Program-made: the position numbers and the translations under genes
In this document: piece by piece, positions 17,776-28,807 of the stretch
How positions within the stretch are numbered: the stretch's first letter is position 1
Layout of the letters: the number at the start of each line of letters is the position of its first letter
Assembly: GCA_963794325.1 (NCBI GenBank)
Contig: CAWCDG010000004.1
Coordinates: forward strand, 1,248,001 to 1,312,000
Origin: an uncultured delta proteobacterium
GTDB lineage: Bacteria; Desulfobacterota; Binatia; Binatales; Binataceae
DNA: 64,000 nucleotides
Direction of reading: 5' to 3'
Notes under the pieces: generated by a model
Seen by the model: the letters and a program-made list of their open reading frames with translations, nothing else
The model's database searches: none
What the model was told of the DNA's origin: nothing

Positions 17776-19367
17776 ACCTTCGCGAAAGAATCATGGCGGC
17801 TCTCGTAGCATTCGCGCTCGTCGGATGCGGAGGCGGCCCGCCTCCGCTCAACTTACCACCGCACGCGACGGTGCTGCGCCTCGCCGATGCGGACGACGTG
17901 CCGACGCTCGATCCGGCGGCCGGCTACGACACCGTTTCGTGGACTTTCGAGCAGGCGATTTTCGACACGCTGGTGCGCTACGGCGACGGCAATATCGAGC
18001 TGGAGCCCGATATCGCGACCACTTGGGAAAGCTCGCCCGACGCGACGACTTTCACATTTCATCTGCGCGCGGACGCGCGCTTTTCCGACGGTCGATCGGT
18101 AACCAGCGACGACTTCCGTTACGGAGTCGAACGCGTTCTGAATCCCGCCACACGCTCGCGCGGGATGGAGTACTACCGGGGCATCGCGGGCGCGGCCGAC
18201 TTCGCGGCGCATCGGAGTGCGCACGTCAGTGGAATCGAGACGCCCGACAGTTCGACGATCATTTTCCATTTGAGCGCGCCCGACCCGATTTTCGGGCACA
18301 AACTCGCGATGCCGTTTGCGTCGGCGATACCGCGGGACGTCGCCGAGAAATGGGGCGACGATTTTTCGCGCCACGTGGTCGGCAGCGGCGCTTTCATGCT
18401 GCGCGACTGGATCGGCGGGCAGCGCATCGTGCTGGTGCGCAATCCCTATTACTTCGCGAAACCGTTGCCGCATCTCGACGCGATCGTCGAGTCGGTCGGG
18501 GTCAACCAGGAGCTGCAATGGCTGCGCTTCGACGCGGGCCAAATCGACGCGGTGGTCGATATTCCGCCGGCCGAGTTTCCCTACGTCATGAAAACTCCGG
18601 CGCTGCGGGATTTGACGCTGGCGAAAACGACGGTCACGACCCGCTACCTCGGCATGAACTGCCAGATGTGGCCGTTCACCGACGTTCGCGTGCGCCGCGC
18701 GCTCAGTTACGGGATCGATCGCCACAAGCTGATCGCAATACTGAACGGACGGGGCGTCGTTGCGCGAGGAGTGATGCCGCCGAACCTGCCCGGCTACGAT
18801 CCTAATCTCAAGGGTTACGATTACGACCCGGCGAAGGCGCGCGCGCTGCTCGAAGAAGCGCATCTCGGGCACGGCTTCGACATTGAAATATGGATGCGGG
18901 CCGACCAGACCGTTTTGATGCTCGCGCAATCGATACAGCAGGATCTCGCGCCGCTCGGCATCCACGCGAAGCTGAAGCCGGTCGCGTGGGGGCCGTTCCT
19001 CGAAGCGATTCGCCAGCCGAAGACGGTGCAGGTTTTCATGCAAGGATGGGAGGCGGATTTTCCCGATCCCGAAAATTTTCTCGGCGCGCTGCTCTCGCGC
19101 GCGCAGTGGGGTGCGAACAACGACAGTTTCTATTCGAATCCCGATGTCGAACAGCTACTAACTGAGGCCGAGCCGATCGCCGACATGAAAGAGCGCTACG
19201 CGCTGTACGATCGCGCCGAGAAAATCGTAGTTGCTGACGCGCCGTGGGTTTTCCTCTACTACCCGGTCACCTACATAATTCGACAGCCGTGGGTGCACGA
19301 CTACGTAATCAATCCGATGCGGCCGACGCGCTTCGAGCGCGTGTGGCTTTCGACGCATCCGCAGTAG
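17772..19367 (+). CDS. ABC transporter substrate-binding lipoprotein, family 5
   Basis: LVGC lipobox; TLDPA; FHLR.DARFSDG; DVRVRRAL; YDPAKARALL. Confidence 0.92.
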   Translation: MNLRERIMAALVAFALVGCGGGPPPLNLPPHATVLRLADADDVPTLDPAAGYDTVSWTFEQAIFDTLVRYGDGNIELEPDIATTWESSPDATTFTFHLRADARFSDGRSVTSDDFRYGVERVLNPATRSRGMEYYRGIAGAADFAAHRSAHVSGIETPDSSTIIFHLSAPDPIFGHKLAMPFASAIPRDVAEKWGDDFSRHVVGSGAFMLRDWIGGQRIVLVRNPYYFAKPLPHLDAIVESVGVNQELQWLRFDAGQIDAVVDIPPAEFPYVMKTPALRDLTLAKTTVTTRYLGMNCQMWPFTDVRVRRALSYGIDRHKLIAILNGRGVVARGVMPPNLPGYDPNLKGYDYDPAKARALLEEAHLGHGFDIEIWMRADQTVLMLAQSIQQDLAPLGIHAKLKPVAWGPFLEAIRQPKTVQVFMQGWEADFPDPENFLGALLSRAQWGANNDSFYSNPDVEQLLTEAEPIADMKERYALYDRAEKIVVADAPWVFLYYPVTYIIRQPWVHDYVINPMRPTRFERVWLSTHPQ

Positions 19368-19445
19368 AGGAGCGACAACTGCGCGCGATATATAATGAGG
19401 GCGGGCACACTGGGCCGCCCCACTGATCCGAATGAGGAGCCAACC

Positions 19446-20537
19446 ATGATTACGCAGGGAGACGACTATCCGATTCATCAGACGCCGGAGCCGGTGCAGC
19501 AGGTCTTCACTAGCGACCGCAACTTTTACGATCGATTTTTTTTCAACGGATATTTCAGAGAGGGCGAGCCGTACTTCGCCGTCGCGATGGGAATTTATCC
19601 GAACGTCGGAATTATCGATTGCGCGTTCAGCGTTGTCGCGGGCGGCGTGCAACATTGCGTGCGCGCGTCGCGTGTGCTGGGCGCGGAGCGGATGGACACG
19701 CGAGCCGGCCCAATCTCAATTGAGATAGTGCGGCCAATGCGATCGATGCGTCTTCGCGTCAATCATGAAACGATAAAGGCAGACCTGATGTTCGAGGCCC
19801 GCGCCGATGCGATCGAGGAGCCGCGCTTTTCGCGGCGCGCCGGTCCGCGGCTGGTCATGGATCTGACGCGGTTCACGCAGCACGGCGGCTACAGCGGCAG
19901 TCTGACCGTTGCGGGCAAGACTTACGACGCGAAGCCATCGCGAGTGTGGGGTTCGCGCGATCGATCGTGGGGTGTGCGCGGAATTGGTCCGCAAGATCCC
20001 GCGGGAGTGCCGTCAGCCCCGATGGGGCAGTTCTACTGGCTGTGGTCGCCGACCAATTTCGAGGACGTCTGCACGCATTGCGACGCGATGGAAAATGCTG
20101 ACGGATCGCGATGGCATCAGTTCGGCGCCGTCACTCAAGCAGAGTTGGGTGCGCCGCTCGACCTCGCAACTGGCGTCGATTTCAACATCAACTATGCCTC
20201 TGGAACGCGCCACGCGAAGACCGCCGAGATAATTTTGCGCAGCCCGCGCGCCGGCGAGAGTCGCGTCGAGTTGAAAACGCTCTACAACTTTTACATGCAG
20301 GGCATCGGCTATTTTCATCCGAAGTGGGGCCACGGAATGTACGTCGGGCCCGATGCGTCGACCTACGAGTCATTCAAGACCGCCGAGGTCAACGAGCGCG
20401 ACATGATGCATCAGCACATCCAGGCGGTGTGTCAGGCGAAAATGGGATCGCGCGAAGGGATGGGAATTCTCGAGATGGCGATCCTCGGGCCGCATGAGCG
20501 CAGCGGCTTCAAGGAATTCCTCGACATGCACAAATAG
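19446..20537 (+). CDS. Conserved hypothetical beta-rich protein
   Basis: Long ORF with GAGGAG RBS; DDYPIHQT, RDRSWGVR motifs; function not assignable. Confidence 0.7.
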   Translation: MITQGDDYPIHQTPEPVQQVFTSDRNFYDRFFFNGYFREGEPYFAVAMGIYPNVGIIDCAFSVVAGGVQHCVRASRVLGAERMDTRAGPISIEIVRPMRSMRLRVNHETIKADLMFEARADAIEEPRFSRRAGPRLVMDLTRFTQHGGYSGSLTVAGKTYDAKPSRVWGSRDRSWGVRGIGPQDPAGVPSAPMGQFYWLWSPTNFEDVCTHCDAMENADGSRWHQFGAVTQAELGAPLDLATGVDFNINYASGTRHAKTAEIILRSPRAGESRVELKTLYNFYMQGIGYFHPKWGHGMYVGPDASTYESFKTAEVNERDMMHQHIQAVCQAKMGSREGMGILEMAILGPHERSGFKEFLDMHK

Positions 20538-20548
20538 CGGATCGAAAC

Positions 20549-20851
20549 TCAGTTTCTGAGCTTGTCGAGAATGCGGCTGACGAAACCTTCCGGCTTCTTT
20601 ATTTCGACGGGCACGGGCTCGCGGCCTTCCTTAAGCGCCGCGAAAATCTCCTCGACCTCGCCCTCGACCGGGAATCGGCCGACGCTCGATTTCGAGAAGA
20701 CCAGCTTCCCGTTCACCAGCACGTCGAACTGCCCCGACTTGCCGGGCGTGATTTTGGCATTCTCGCCGAAGCTGGAATCCAGTGATGCGGCCAGACTGGC
20801 CGCGCGCGGTTTATAGCCTCAAGCAGAGCAGTAGAGAATTTCTGTCGCCAT
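20549..20851 (-). CDS. SelT/SelW/SelH (Rdx) family selenoprotein with in-frame UGA
   Basis: MATEILYCSA-U-GYKPRAASLA...GKSGQFDV.VNGKLVFSK...GRFP..GEV (100 aa); UGA at 20821-20819; hairpin GCGGCCAG-T-CTGGCCGC 15 nt downstream. Confidence 0.88.
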
Positions 20852-20887
20852 AGTTACAGCCTACGCGCCCATCGTGCGCTGTACAAA

Positions 20888-21451
20888 CTACTTGCCGTTG
20901 GGAATATCGACGAACACCGCGGCGGCTACCACTGAGGACCACAGGCCGTCGCGATCGCCAATCGCGGACTGCGTCACGTTGCGGGTCGTCACGATCTTGT
21001 CCGACATGCGCCATAGATCTTTGCGCTCGTCGTAGCTGAGATTCGGATCGAAATCGACGCCGAGAATCGTCGCGAGCATCATCGCCGCCAGGTCCTCTGC
21101 GTAGTCGCCGGCCTTCTGATCGGTCTCGCCGGTGCTGTGATGCTCGGACAGGTATCCGTATTGCGTCGGATTGCTGGGGAGCGCGACGCCGACCGACGAC
21201 GCGATGAGCCGATGCGGTTCGTTGGTCGCGTTGTCGCTCATCACGGCAAAGACAATTTGTCCCGGGGTGAGGTACTTCAGGCCTTCCTGCTGACTGAGCA
21301 GTTTGCAATTCGGCGGAAAGATCGATTTGACGCGCACGAGATTGAACTCGGCGATTCCAGCGGAGCGCAACGCGAGCTCAAACGAAGTCAGCTTCTCGCG
21401 ATGGCGCCCGACACCTTTAGTCAGAAACGTCCCCTTCGGGATCGGCCCCAT
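20888..21451 (-). CDS. pdaD: Pyruvoyl-dependent arginine decarboxylase
   Basis: [26 protein letters not shown]; YGYLSEHH; AEDLAA.MLA.ILG. Confidence 0.85.
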   Translation of the reverse strand: MGPIPKGTFLTKGVGRHREKLTSFELALRSAGIAEFNLVRVKSIFPPNCKLLSQQEGLKYLTPGQIVFAVMSDNATNEPHRLIASSVGVALPSNPTQYGYLSEHHSTGETDQKAGDYAEDLAAMMLATILGVDFDPNLSYDERKDLWRMSDKIVTTRNVTQSAIGDRDGLWSSVVAAAVFVDIPNGK

Positions 21452-21507
21452 TTGTTTCGTCTCCTCTCCGATGCCGTTTTCTTTTATACGAATCTGGCCG
21501 CCGAACG

Positions 21508-23181
21508 CTACACGGTATTCACCGGCGAATACTCGCCGAATACTTTGCGCATCGCGTCCGAGATTTCCCCGAGCGTGCACCATCCGCGGACCGCGTCGAC
21601 AATCGGCGGCATCAGATTGTTGCCGTCACGCGCCGCCGCCTCGACTCGCGCGAGCGCCTTGGTTGCCGCCTCTGCGTTTCGTTCCGCCCGCACGCGCGCC
21701 ACGCCGGCCTTCTGTTTGGCCTCGAGCTCCGGCTTGACCCGCAGAATTTCCCCGGGCGGTTCGCCGCCCCCGGTAAACTGATTGACCCCTACGATAATTC
21801 GCTGCTTGGTTTCAATCTCGCGCTGGTAAATAAATGCGGCGTTCTGAATTTCGCGCTGCATGTAACCGCGCTCGATCGCGGCGACCGCGCCGCCGAAGTC
21901 GTCGATTTTAGAAAGGTACTCGACCGCCTTTTTTTCGAGCTCGGTGGTCAGCCGCTCGACGTAGTACGAGCCGCCGAGCGGATCGATCGTGTCGCCAACG
22001 TCCGACTCGTGCGCGATAAGTTGCTGGGTACGGAGCGCGAGCAGCACTGAGGACTCGGTCGGCAGCGCGAGGGCCTCATCCTTGGAGTTGGTATGCAGCG
22101 ATTGCGCACCGCCCAACACCGCGGCCAGCGCCTGCATCGTCACGCGCACGACGTTGTTGTCCACCTGCTGTGCGGTGAGGGTCGAGCCGGCGGTTTGCGC
22201 ATGAAAACGCATCATCATCGAGCGTTCGTCTTTCGCTCCGAAGCGATCCTTCATTATTTTCGCCCACAGCCGCCGCGCCGCGCGGAACTTCGCCACTTCC
22301 TCGAAGAAATTGTTGTGCACGTTGAAGAAGAACGACAGGCGGCTGGCGAACGCGTCGATTTGCAGCCCAACTTTCAGCGCGGCATCGACGTAAGCGATCC
22401 CATCGGCGATCGTGAATGCGAGTTCCTGCGCCGCGGTCGAGCCGGCCTCGCGGATGTGGTAGCCGGAAATCGAAATCGTATTCCAGTTCGGAACTTCCTT
22501 TGTCGCGAAACTGAAAATGTCGGTGATGATCCGCATCGAGCCGCGCGGCGGATAGATGTAAGTCCCGCGCGCGACGTACTCCTTCAGGACGTCGTTCTGA
22601 ATCGTGCCGTTAACCTTGCTCCAGCTGACGCCACGGCGCTCCGCCACTACGAGGTACAGCGCGAGCAGGATCGATGCGGTCGCGTTGATCGTCATCGAGG
22701 TCGAAATTTTGTCGAGCGGAAGCTCGGCGAGCAACGTGTCCATGTCGGCGAGCGAGCAAATCGGCACGCCGACGCGTCCGACTTCGCCTTCGGCCAGCGG
22801 ATGGTCCGAGTCGCGGCCCATCTGCGTCGGCAAATCGAAAGCCACCGACAATCCCGTTTGCCCCTGATCGAACAGGTAGCGATAGCGGCGATTCGATTCC
22901 TCTGCGCTGCCGAATCCCGCGTACTGGCGCATCGTCCACAGCCGTCCGCGATACATGGTCGGCTGCACGCCGCGGGTGAACGGATACTCGCCGGGAAAAC
23001 CGAGGTCGTTCACGAAATCCAGGTCGGTCAAGTCTTCAGGATCGTAAGCGCGCTTGACGTCGATTCCGGAGCTCGTGACGAATTTCGGCTTGCGCTCGGG
23101 CCCGCGCTTAAGCGAGGGATTGAGTTTGCGGTCCTCCCAGTCTTTGCGCGCGTCAGCGATTTTGCGATCGTCTTCAGGCAT
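21508..23181 (-). CDS. Methylmalonyl-CoA mutase, N-terminal (large) subunit
   Basis: [48 protein letters not shown]. Confidence 0.95.
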   Translation of the reverse strand: MPEDDRKIADARKDWEDRKLNPSLKRGPERKPKFVTSSGIDVKRAYDPEDLTDLDFVNDLGFPGEYPFTRGVQPTMYRGRLWTMRQYAGFGSAEESNRRYRYLFDQGQTGLSVAFDLPTQMGRDSDHPLAEGEVGRVGVPICSLADMDTLLAELPLDKISTSMTINATASILLALYLVVAERRGVSWSKVNGTIQNDVLKEYVARGTYIYPPRGSMRIITDIFSFATKEVPNWNTISISGYHIREAGSTAAQELAFTIADGIAYVDAALKVGLQIDAFASRLSFFFNVHNNFFEEVAKFRAARRLWAKIMKDRFGAKDERSMMMRFHAQTAGSTLTAQQVDNNVVRVTMQALAAVLGGAQSLHTNSKDEALALPTESSVLLALRTQQLIAHESDVGDTIDPLGGSYYVERLTTELEKKAVEYLSKIDDFGGAVAAIERGYMQREIQNAAFIYQREIETKQRIIVGVNQFTGGGEPPGEILRVKPELEAKQKAGVARVRAERNAEAATKALARVEAAARDGNNLMPPIVDAVRGWCTLGEISDAMRKVFGEYSPVNTV

Positions 23182-23191
23182 TTTTATTGTT

Positions 23192-23695
23192 CTACTCGAT
23201 AACGATCATAAGTTGGCCCTTCTCGACCGCCTGCCCCGCGACCACCTTGACATCCACGACCTTGCCGGCCTTGGGCGATTTGACTTCGTTTTCCATCTTC
23301 ATCGCTTCGACCACGATAATTCCCTGGTCAGCTTTGACTTCGTCTCCGGGCGCGACCAGCACGTTGACGACTCGTCCCGGCATCGCGGATTTTATTTCAA
23401 CGCGGCCGCTGACTTCGCGCCGCTTGCCGGCCGCTCGGCGGCTCCGCCGCGCCGCATCGGCAACCGTCATCCGGGTCGATCCGCTTCGCGAGGCGACCAC
23501 GGTTTCGTCGCCGTCGCGCGCCACGTCGAAATCAAAGCAACGATTATCGACGATCACCGAAAACGAGACCGGACCGACTCTGCGCAAATCGGCTTCGAAA
23601 CTATTGTCGCCGAAACGAATCGCGAATGAGTCCACGGCGAGCTCTTCGATCTCGATTTCGTGATCCTGTCCGTCAATCGTCGCGACGTATCGCAT
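23192..23695 (-). CDS. Biotin carboxyl carrier protein
   Basis: EAMKM biotinylation motif; SAMPGRVV. Confidence 0.93.
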   Translation of the reverse strand: MRYVATIDGQDHEIEIEELAVDSFAIRFGDNSFEADLRRVGPVSFSVIVDNRCFDFDVARDGDETVVASRSGSTRMTVADAARRSRRAAGKRREVSGRVEIKSAMPGRVVNVLVAPGDEVKADQGIIVVEAMKMENEVKSPKAGKVVDVKVVAGQAVEKGQLMIVIE

Positions 23696-23709
23696 CTGTA
23701 AGTGTCCGG

Positions 23710-25224
23710 CTATCTCCGCAGCATGTCGAGCCGTCCGAGCATCCGCCACGCGGATGCGCTCGGCGCGGTTACCGGCTGCGCGCCGGCGCTGTTGCTGTGA
23801 TTGGCGTTCTTCTGCGCCGCGATCGCCGCGAGGAAAATCGCTGCCAGCTCGGCCCCGCGCGGCGCCGCGCCGTTCTGATTCGGATGGTACTCCTGGTTAA
23901 TAAAATTCGTATCGAAGTCGCCCTTCAGAAACTTCGGATGGGTCATGATCCAGCGATGGAAGTCCAGGTTCGTGCGAAGCTCTCCCGAGATAACGAATTC
24001 GCCGAGCGCACGACGCATCCGATCGATCGCCTGATCGCGATCCGCGCCCCACACCGCGAGCTTCGAGATCATCGGGTCGTAAAATACCGGCACTTCGGCG
24101 CCCGCGTAGACGCCCGCATCGTTGCGCACGCCCGGCCCGTCGGGAAATCTGAGCGTCTCGATCTTCCCAGGCGCCGGAACGAATCCGGCCATTGGATCTT
24201 CCGCATAGATTCGGCACTCGATCGCCCATCCGCGCTGCGCGAGATCCTTTTGCTTGAACGGAAGCTTCGCGCCGGCGGCAATTTCGATCTGCGCGCGGAC
24301 CAAATCGATGCCCGTGACCAGCTCGGTCACCGGATGCTCGACCTGGATACGGGTATTCATCTCGAGGAAATAAAAATTGCGATCGGCGTCGACCAGGAAC
24401 TCGATCGTGCCGGCACTGACGTAGTTCACGGCTTTGGCCGCGCGGACCGCGACCTCGCCCATCTCGGCGCGCATCTTCGCCGTGATAAACGGCGACGGCG
24501 ACTCCTCGACGACCTTCTGATTGCGCCGTTGAATCGAGCATTCGCGCTCGAATAGATGGACGGTGTTGCCGTGCGAGTCGGCCAGCACCTGCACCTCGAT
24601 ATGGCGCGGCTGCTTGAGAAATTTCTCGACGTAAAAGCGCCCGTCGCCGAATGACGACTTGGCCTCGCTGGTAACCGTGCGCACCACAGACGCGAGATCT
24701 TTGCCGTTCTCGACGAAGCGCAGTCCCTTGCCGCCGCCGCCGGCGGCCGCTTTCACCATGATCGGATATCCGATTTTTTTCGCGATTGCGGCTACTTCAG
24801 CTTCGGTCTCGAGCGTTCCCGGCGAGCCCGGCACGACGGGCACTCCGGCCTTGGACATCAGTTTGCGCGCGGCGACTTTGTCGCCCATCTGCTCGATCGC
24901 ATCGGGCGGCGGGCCGATCCAGGTGAGGCCGGCCTTCTGCACCGCGCGCGCGAATGCGGCGCGCTCCGAGAAAAATCCGTAACCGGGATGAACCGCGTCA
25001 GCCTTCAGCCGCTTGGCGGCTTCAAGAATTTTTTCGGTATTGAGGTAGCTCTCGGCCGCCGGCGCCGGACCGACCGGGTAGGCATGATCGGCTTCGCGCA
25101 CGTGCAGCGCGGCGCGATCGGCGTCCGAGTAAACGGCGATCGACTCGATTCCCAACTCGCGGCATGCACGGATGATCCGCACTGCAATCTCGCCGCGATT
25201 GGCGATTAGAATTCGCTTGAACAT
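23710..25224 (-). CDS. Acyl-CoA (propionyl-CoA) carboxylase, biotin carboxylase subunit
   Basis: ANRGEIA, HPGYGF, GGGGKG, ERECSIQRR, EMNTRIQVEH. Confidence 0.95.
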   Translation of the reverse strand: MFKRILIANRGEIAVRIIRACRELGIESIAVYSDADRAALHVREADHAYPVGPAPAAESYLNTEKILEAAKRLKADAVHPGYGFFSERAAFARAVQKAGLTWIGPPPDAIEQMGDKVAARKLMSKAGVPVVPGSPGTLETEAEVAAIAKKIGYPIMVKAAAGGGGKGLRFVENGKDLASVVRTVTSEAKSSFGDGRFYVEKFLKQPRHIEVQVLADSHGNTVHLFERECSIQRRNQKVVEESPSPFITAKMRAEMGEVAVRAAKAVNYVSAGTIEFLVDADRNFYFLEMNTRIQVEHPVTELVTGIDLVRAQIEIAAGAKLPFKQKDLAQRGWAIECRIYAEDPMAGFVPAPGKIETLRFPDGPGVRNDAGVYAGAEVPVFYDPMISKLAVWGADRDQAIDRMRRALGEFVISGELRTNLDFHRWIMTHPKFLKGDFDTNFINQEYHPNQNGAAPRGAELAAIFLAAIAAQKNANHSNSAGAQPVTAPSASAWRMLGRLDMLRR

Positions 25225-25520
25225 CAGGCTTCCATTTCTTCCCAAATTTTATACTGAATCCGGCGCGCGCGAGCTAACTCACGCAAAGAAATAATCGCCT
25301 GCGCGGCGGGCGGCAGGGGTGACCCCTGCACCCAGTGAGAAGCGCGAAATGTTGAGGACAACCTTTCGCTCTCAGGGTCGGGGGGAGGACGGCGAGCGTA
25401 AAGGTGTGATGTTCGGCTTTCATCCATCCGGGGCGCGCAGCGCACTGATCAACTAACCCCTTTTTTCGGCCCACGCGGGAAGGGGAACAAGAAAGAAGGG
25501 ACCATCCGCGAACTTTCACC

Positions 25521-27071
25521 TCAGAGTGGGATGTTGCCGTGCTTGCGCGGGGGATTCTTTTCGCGCTTGTTGGCGAGCGCCTTCAGCGCGCTAATCAGTT
25601 TGGGGCGCGTGTCGCGCGGCATGATCACTTCATCTATATAGCCAAGCTCGGCTGCCTTGAACGGATTCGCGAAAGTCTTGCGGTAGTCCTCGGCCAGGCG
25701 CGCCCGCTCCGCTACGGCGTCTTTGGCCTTGGCGAGTTCGTTGCGAAAGACAATATTGATCGCCTGCTCAGGTCCCATCACGGCGATTTCGGCGCTGGGA
25801 TACGCAAAATTGAAATCGCCGCGAATATGCTTCGACGACATGACGTCGTAGGCGCCGCCATAGGCCTTGCGCGTGATCACCGTCACCTTCGGCACGGTGG
25901 CCTCGCAGAACGCGTAGAGCAGCTTCGCGCCATGGCGGATAATTCCAAGGAACTCCTGCTGAGTACCGGGTAGGAATCCGGGGACATCCACGAAGGTGAC
26001 GAGTGGAATGTTGAACGCATCGCAGAAGCGCACGAAGCGCGCAGCTTTCACCGACGCGTCGATATCGAGCGCGCCCGCCAGGAACGACGGTTGATTCGCG
26101 ACGATACCAACCGAGTAGCCGCCGATTCGCGCGAACCCGATCAACATGTTCTGCGCGTAGTCCTTCTGCACTTCCAGCAAATGGCCCTCATCGATCACGC
26201 GCCGGATAATCTCGCCCATGTCGTAAGGCTTGTTGGGATTTTCGGGAACGATTGAATCGAGCGAGGCATCGACTCGGGCGGGATCATCATTGCTCGCGAC
26301 GAACGGCGGATCTTCGACGTTATTCGACGGCATGTAGGAGATCAGTTCGCGGATCATGGCGAGCGCGCCGGCGTCGTCGTCGGCCTCGAGATGGCACACG
26401 CCCGACTTCTGGCTGTGGGTGTCGGCGCCGCCCAGCTCCTGCATCGTAACCTCTTCGTGGGTGGTGGCCCTGATCACATCAGGGCCGGTGAGGAACATGT
26501 ACGAGGTATCGCGGACCATCACGATAAAGTCGGTGATCGCCGGCGAATAGACCGCGCCGCCCGCGCACGGTCCCATGATTGCGGAAATCTGCGGGATGAC
26601 TCCCGACGACATCACGTTGCGCTGGAAAATATCCGCATAGCCGGCCAGCGATACGACGCCTTCCTGGATTCGCGCGCCGCTGCCGTCGTTGAGGCCAATC
26701 ACCGGGCATCCGGTTTTGGTGGCGAGGTCCATCACCTTGCAGACCTTCTCCGCGAATGCGCCGGACAGGCTGCCGCCGAAGACCGTGAAATCGTGGCTGA
26801 AGATGCATACCTGGCGCCCGTCGATCGTGCCGTAGCCGGTGACGACGCCGTCGCCCGGGATTTTTTTCTCGGCCATGTCGAAGTCGGTGATTCGATGGGT
26901 CTTGAACTTATCCATCTCGACGAACGATCCGGGATCGAGCAGAAACTCGACGCGCTCGCGAGCGGTCATGCGTCCCTGGGCGCGCTGCTTCTTGACGCGA
27001 TCACTGCCGCCGGCCGCTTCCGCGTCGCGGGTGAGCTGCTGAAGTCGTTCGAGATTTTCTTTAAGGCCCAT
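25521..27071 (-). CDS. pccB: Propionyl-CoA carboxylase beta (carboxyltransferase) subunit
   Basis: [25 protein letters not shown]-terminal KHGNIPL. Confidence 0.93.
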   Translation of the reverse strand: MGLKENLERLQQLTRDAEAAGGSDRVKKQRAQGRMTARERVEFLLDPGSFVEMDKFKTHRITDFDMAEKKIPGDGVVTGYGTIDGRQVCIFSHDFTVFGGSLSGAFAEKVCKVMDLATKTGCPVIGLNDGSGARIQEGVVSLAGYADIFQRNVMSSGVIPQISAIMGPCAGGAVYSPAITDFIVMVRDTSYMFLTGPDVIRATTHEEVTMQELGGADTHSQKSGVCHLEADDDAGALAMIRELISYMPSNNVEDPPFVASNDDPARVDASLDSIVPENPNKPYDMGEIIRRVIDEGHLLEVQKDYAQNMLIGFARIGGYSVGIVANQPSFLAGALDIDASVKAARFVRFCDAFNIPLVTFVDVPGFLPGTQQEFLGIIRHGAKLLYAFCEATVPKVTVITRKAYGGAYDVMSSKHIRGDFNFAYPSAEIAVMGPEQAINIVFRNELAKAKDAVAERARLAEDYRKTFANPFKAAELGYIDEVIMPRDTRPKLISALKALANKREKNPPRKHGNIPL

Positions 27072-27199
27072 TTGTCACGACCACGATAAAGCTGGATAGA
27101 CGGCAAACAAAAAGGCGCCCGTCACGCGCCACGGCAAGATAGATACCGTATGTGGGCGGATGGTTAAAGCGCCCGCCGCTAGCCACTACTACGAATTCG

Positions 27200-27816
27200 C
27201 TAAGGGCGGAGCGACGAGATTCGGTTCTGGGCCGACCGTCGCGCTAGAAACACCAGATACTTAAAGGGGCGGGCTTCGAAAAGACTACCACCCTTCATTT
27301 CCAGCTCAACCTTGCGAGCAGCTTTGCTAAGATCGCGATAGATGGCGTCAAGTTCCGCTAGGTTTGGATCGTCAATTTTTCGACTCAGAGCGTTCGTCAG
27401 TCCTCGAAGAACACCGTGCGCTGTACCGTCGTGGACGTGCGGATCGGTCCCGTTGAGATCGCTCAGCGATTTTTGGAGTCGGTGGGCTCTAGATTCGAAC
27501 ACAAACCATTCGTGTTTAGGGTTGGCACCGAGTGCCCAATCGACCGCCAAGCCCAGCTCAAAGGGCATATTGAACCTGGGCGTTGCGGGCGAATTGCGAT
27601 CGGTCTGGACTCTCGATAAATCGTGAAACGAATATCGGCACTTTCGGATCAGTTTCACAATTCGGTCGAGCCTGCGGTCGCTGGTTGGAATTTCGAGAGT
27701 TGCCCTAGGCACGAGGCCAAAGCCGCACAGGCCAGCAATGAAGGCGAGGTATAGCGGCTCGTAGCCTTGGTCGTACGGGAGGTTTCAAAAACGCGGAGGG
27801 TTGCGTCGTGGTTCAA
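27200..27816 (-). CDS. TIR/nucleoside-deoxyribosyltransferase-like protein, apparently frameshifted near its 5' end (~27785)
   Basis: Frame extends upstream of the tracked ORF as NLPYDQGYEPLYLAFIAGLCGFGLVPR; core YSFHDLSR...PRFNMPFELGLA; start uncertain. Confidence 0.6.
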
Positions 27817-27841
27817 CTCCCCTTTTTGGAATTCGGGTTGC

Positions 27842-28198
27842 TCAAGCTCTTAGCTTGCGACGCTTGATTGATTCGCCCAAAGAGTCGACGCCCTCCTGCT
27901 TTTTCATCTTCTCAAGCTTCGCGTCACTCCGATAGCCAGGTGCAAATTCAGATCCATACTCCTTCCTGAGAGTACGTACCCGGGTGTCTCCGCGCTTCTT
28001 TTCGGTGGTTCCGTCCGTGTCTCGATGGCGGCCGTCCAGTCCTCTGCGCATTCGTACACGCGGCTCAGATGTATCGGCCGCAATGATTCCTTCCACCAAC
28101 TTTTCGAGTTTCTTCTGGCGCGATTTCGAAATGCCTAGTTCTTTTGCGACGTCGTCGATAGATGGGAAAGGAGTGGTGATTAGAACTCTCTTATTCAC
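27842..28198 (-). CDS. Small basic hypothetical protein
   Basis: RHRDTDG...KKRGDTRV.TLRKEYG..FAPGYRSD motif; co-oriented with the downstream TIR/NDT-like gene. Confidence 0.6.
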   Translation of the reverse strand: MNKRVLITTPFPSIDDVAKELGISKSRQKKLEKLVEGIIAADTSEPRVRMRRGLDGRHRDTDGTTEKKRGDTRVRTLRKEYGSEFAPGYRSDAKLEKMKKQEGVDSLGESIKRRKLRA

Positions 28199-28262
28199 AA
28201 TTTGAGGTTACCGATCTAGACAACCGCTTGTCAAAGTTGCGTCAATCCCGGCCGGCACAGGG

Positions 28263-28784
28263 TTATTCTGAGCCGTGGGGATAGAAATTCAGAAACTGGA
28301 ATCGATCGCCCGGTTTGATTCCATTTTTAGCGCAGAAACCGCCGTTCACTTCGAGCACATACTCTGAGGCGCCCCCAACGCTGAGCAGTTTATCGGAAAA
28401 CGGCTCCGCGTTAGCGACGATTCCCGTCACCCGGCCCGACGCGTCAGCGAAAATCATGTCGAGCGGGATCGGCGTATTGTGCATCCAGAAATTGCGCGGC
28501 GCTGAATCCGGGAAGACAAAGATCATTCCGGCGTTGTCGTCGAGATGCTTGCGAAACATCAGGCCCACTTCGCGCTGCGGCCCGGTGCTTGCAACTTCGA
28601 CTGCGACCGTGGCGCGCGGCTTGCCGTCGGCCGCGACGATTGAGACGCAGGGACCGCGCGCGCATCCGAGTAACGCGAGCAGAACGATGCCGAACGCGAA
28701 TGGGGTTATCCGGGCGCGAGCGCGACGATGCAAAGTTTCTGTCATGGCTCGCCGCAATCTAGCGCGTCGATGAGGGAAAATCAC
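28263..28784 (-). CDS. DUF192 family lipoprotein
   Basis: REVGLMFR, GMIFVF, FWMHNT.IPLDMIF, YVLEVNGG; LLGC lipobox; start uncertain. Confidence 0.9.
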   Translation of the reverse strand: MIFPHRRARLRRAMTETLHRRARARITPFAFGIVLLALLGCARGPCVSIVAADGKPRATVAVEVASTGPQREVGLMFRKHLDDNAGMIFVFPDSAPRNFWMHNTPIPLDMIFADASGRVTGIVANAEPFSDKLLSVGGASEYVLEVNGGFCAKNGIKPGDRFQFLNFYPHGSE

Positions 28785-28807
28785 AGGCTAAAGCCTGTGC
28801 CACCAAA

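Noticed and set aside
17825-19043. Long alternative-frame and antisense ORFs (also 22093-23202, 23626-24555, 41454-42329, 50595-51503, 55978-56892, 59850-60746)
   Set aside because: Shadow ORFs of well-supported genes, expected in high-GC DNA; no recognisable motifs.
16037-19367. ABC transporter lacking ATPase genes as a novelty
   Set aside because: ATPase subunits are commonly encoded elsewhere; cannot be judged from one window.
20562-20816. 84-aa + strand ORF
   Set aside because: Antisense shadow of the SelW-like selenoprotein gene.
25250-25520. Riboswitch (e.g. cobalamin) between pccB and the carboxylase/mutase genes
   Set aside because: I could not identify a B12 box or other conserved aptamer; the region contains fragments of repeat families A and B. 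An Rfam scan would settle it.
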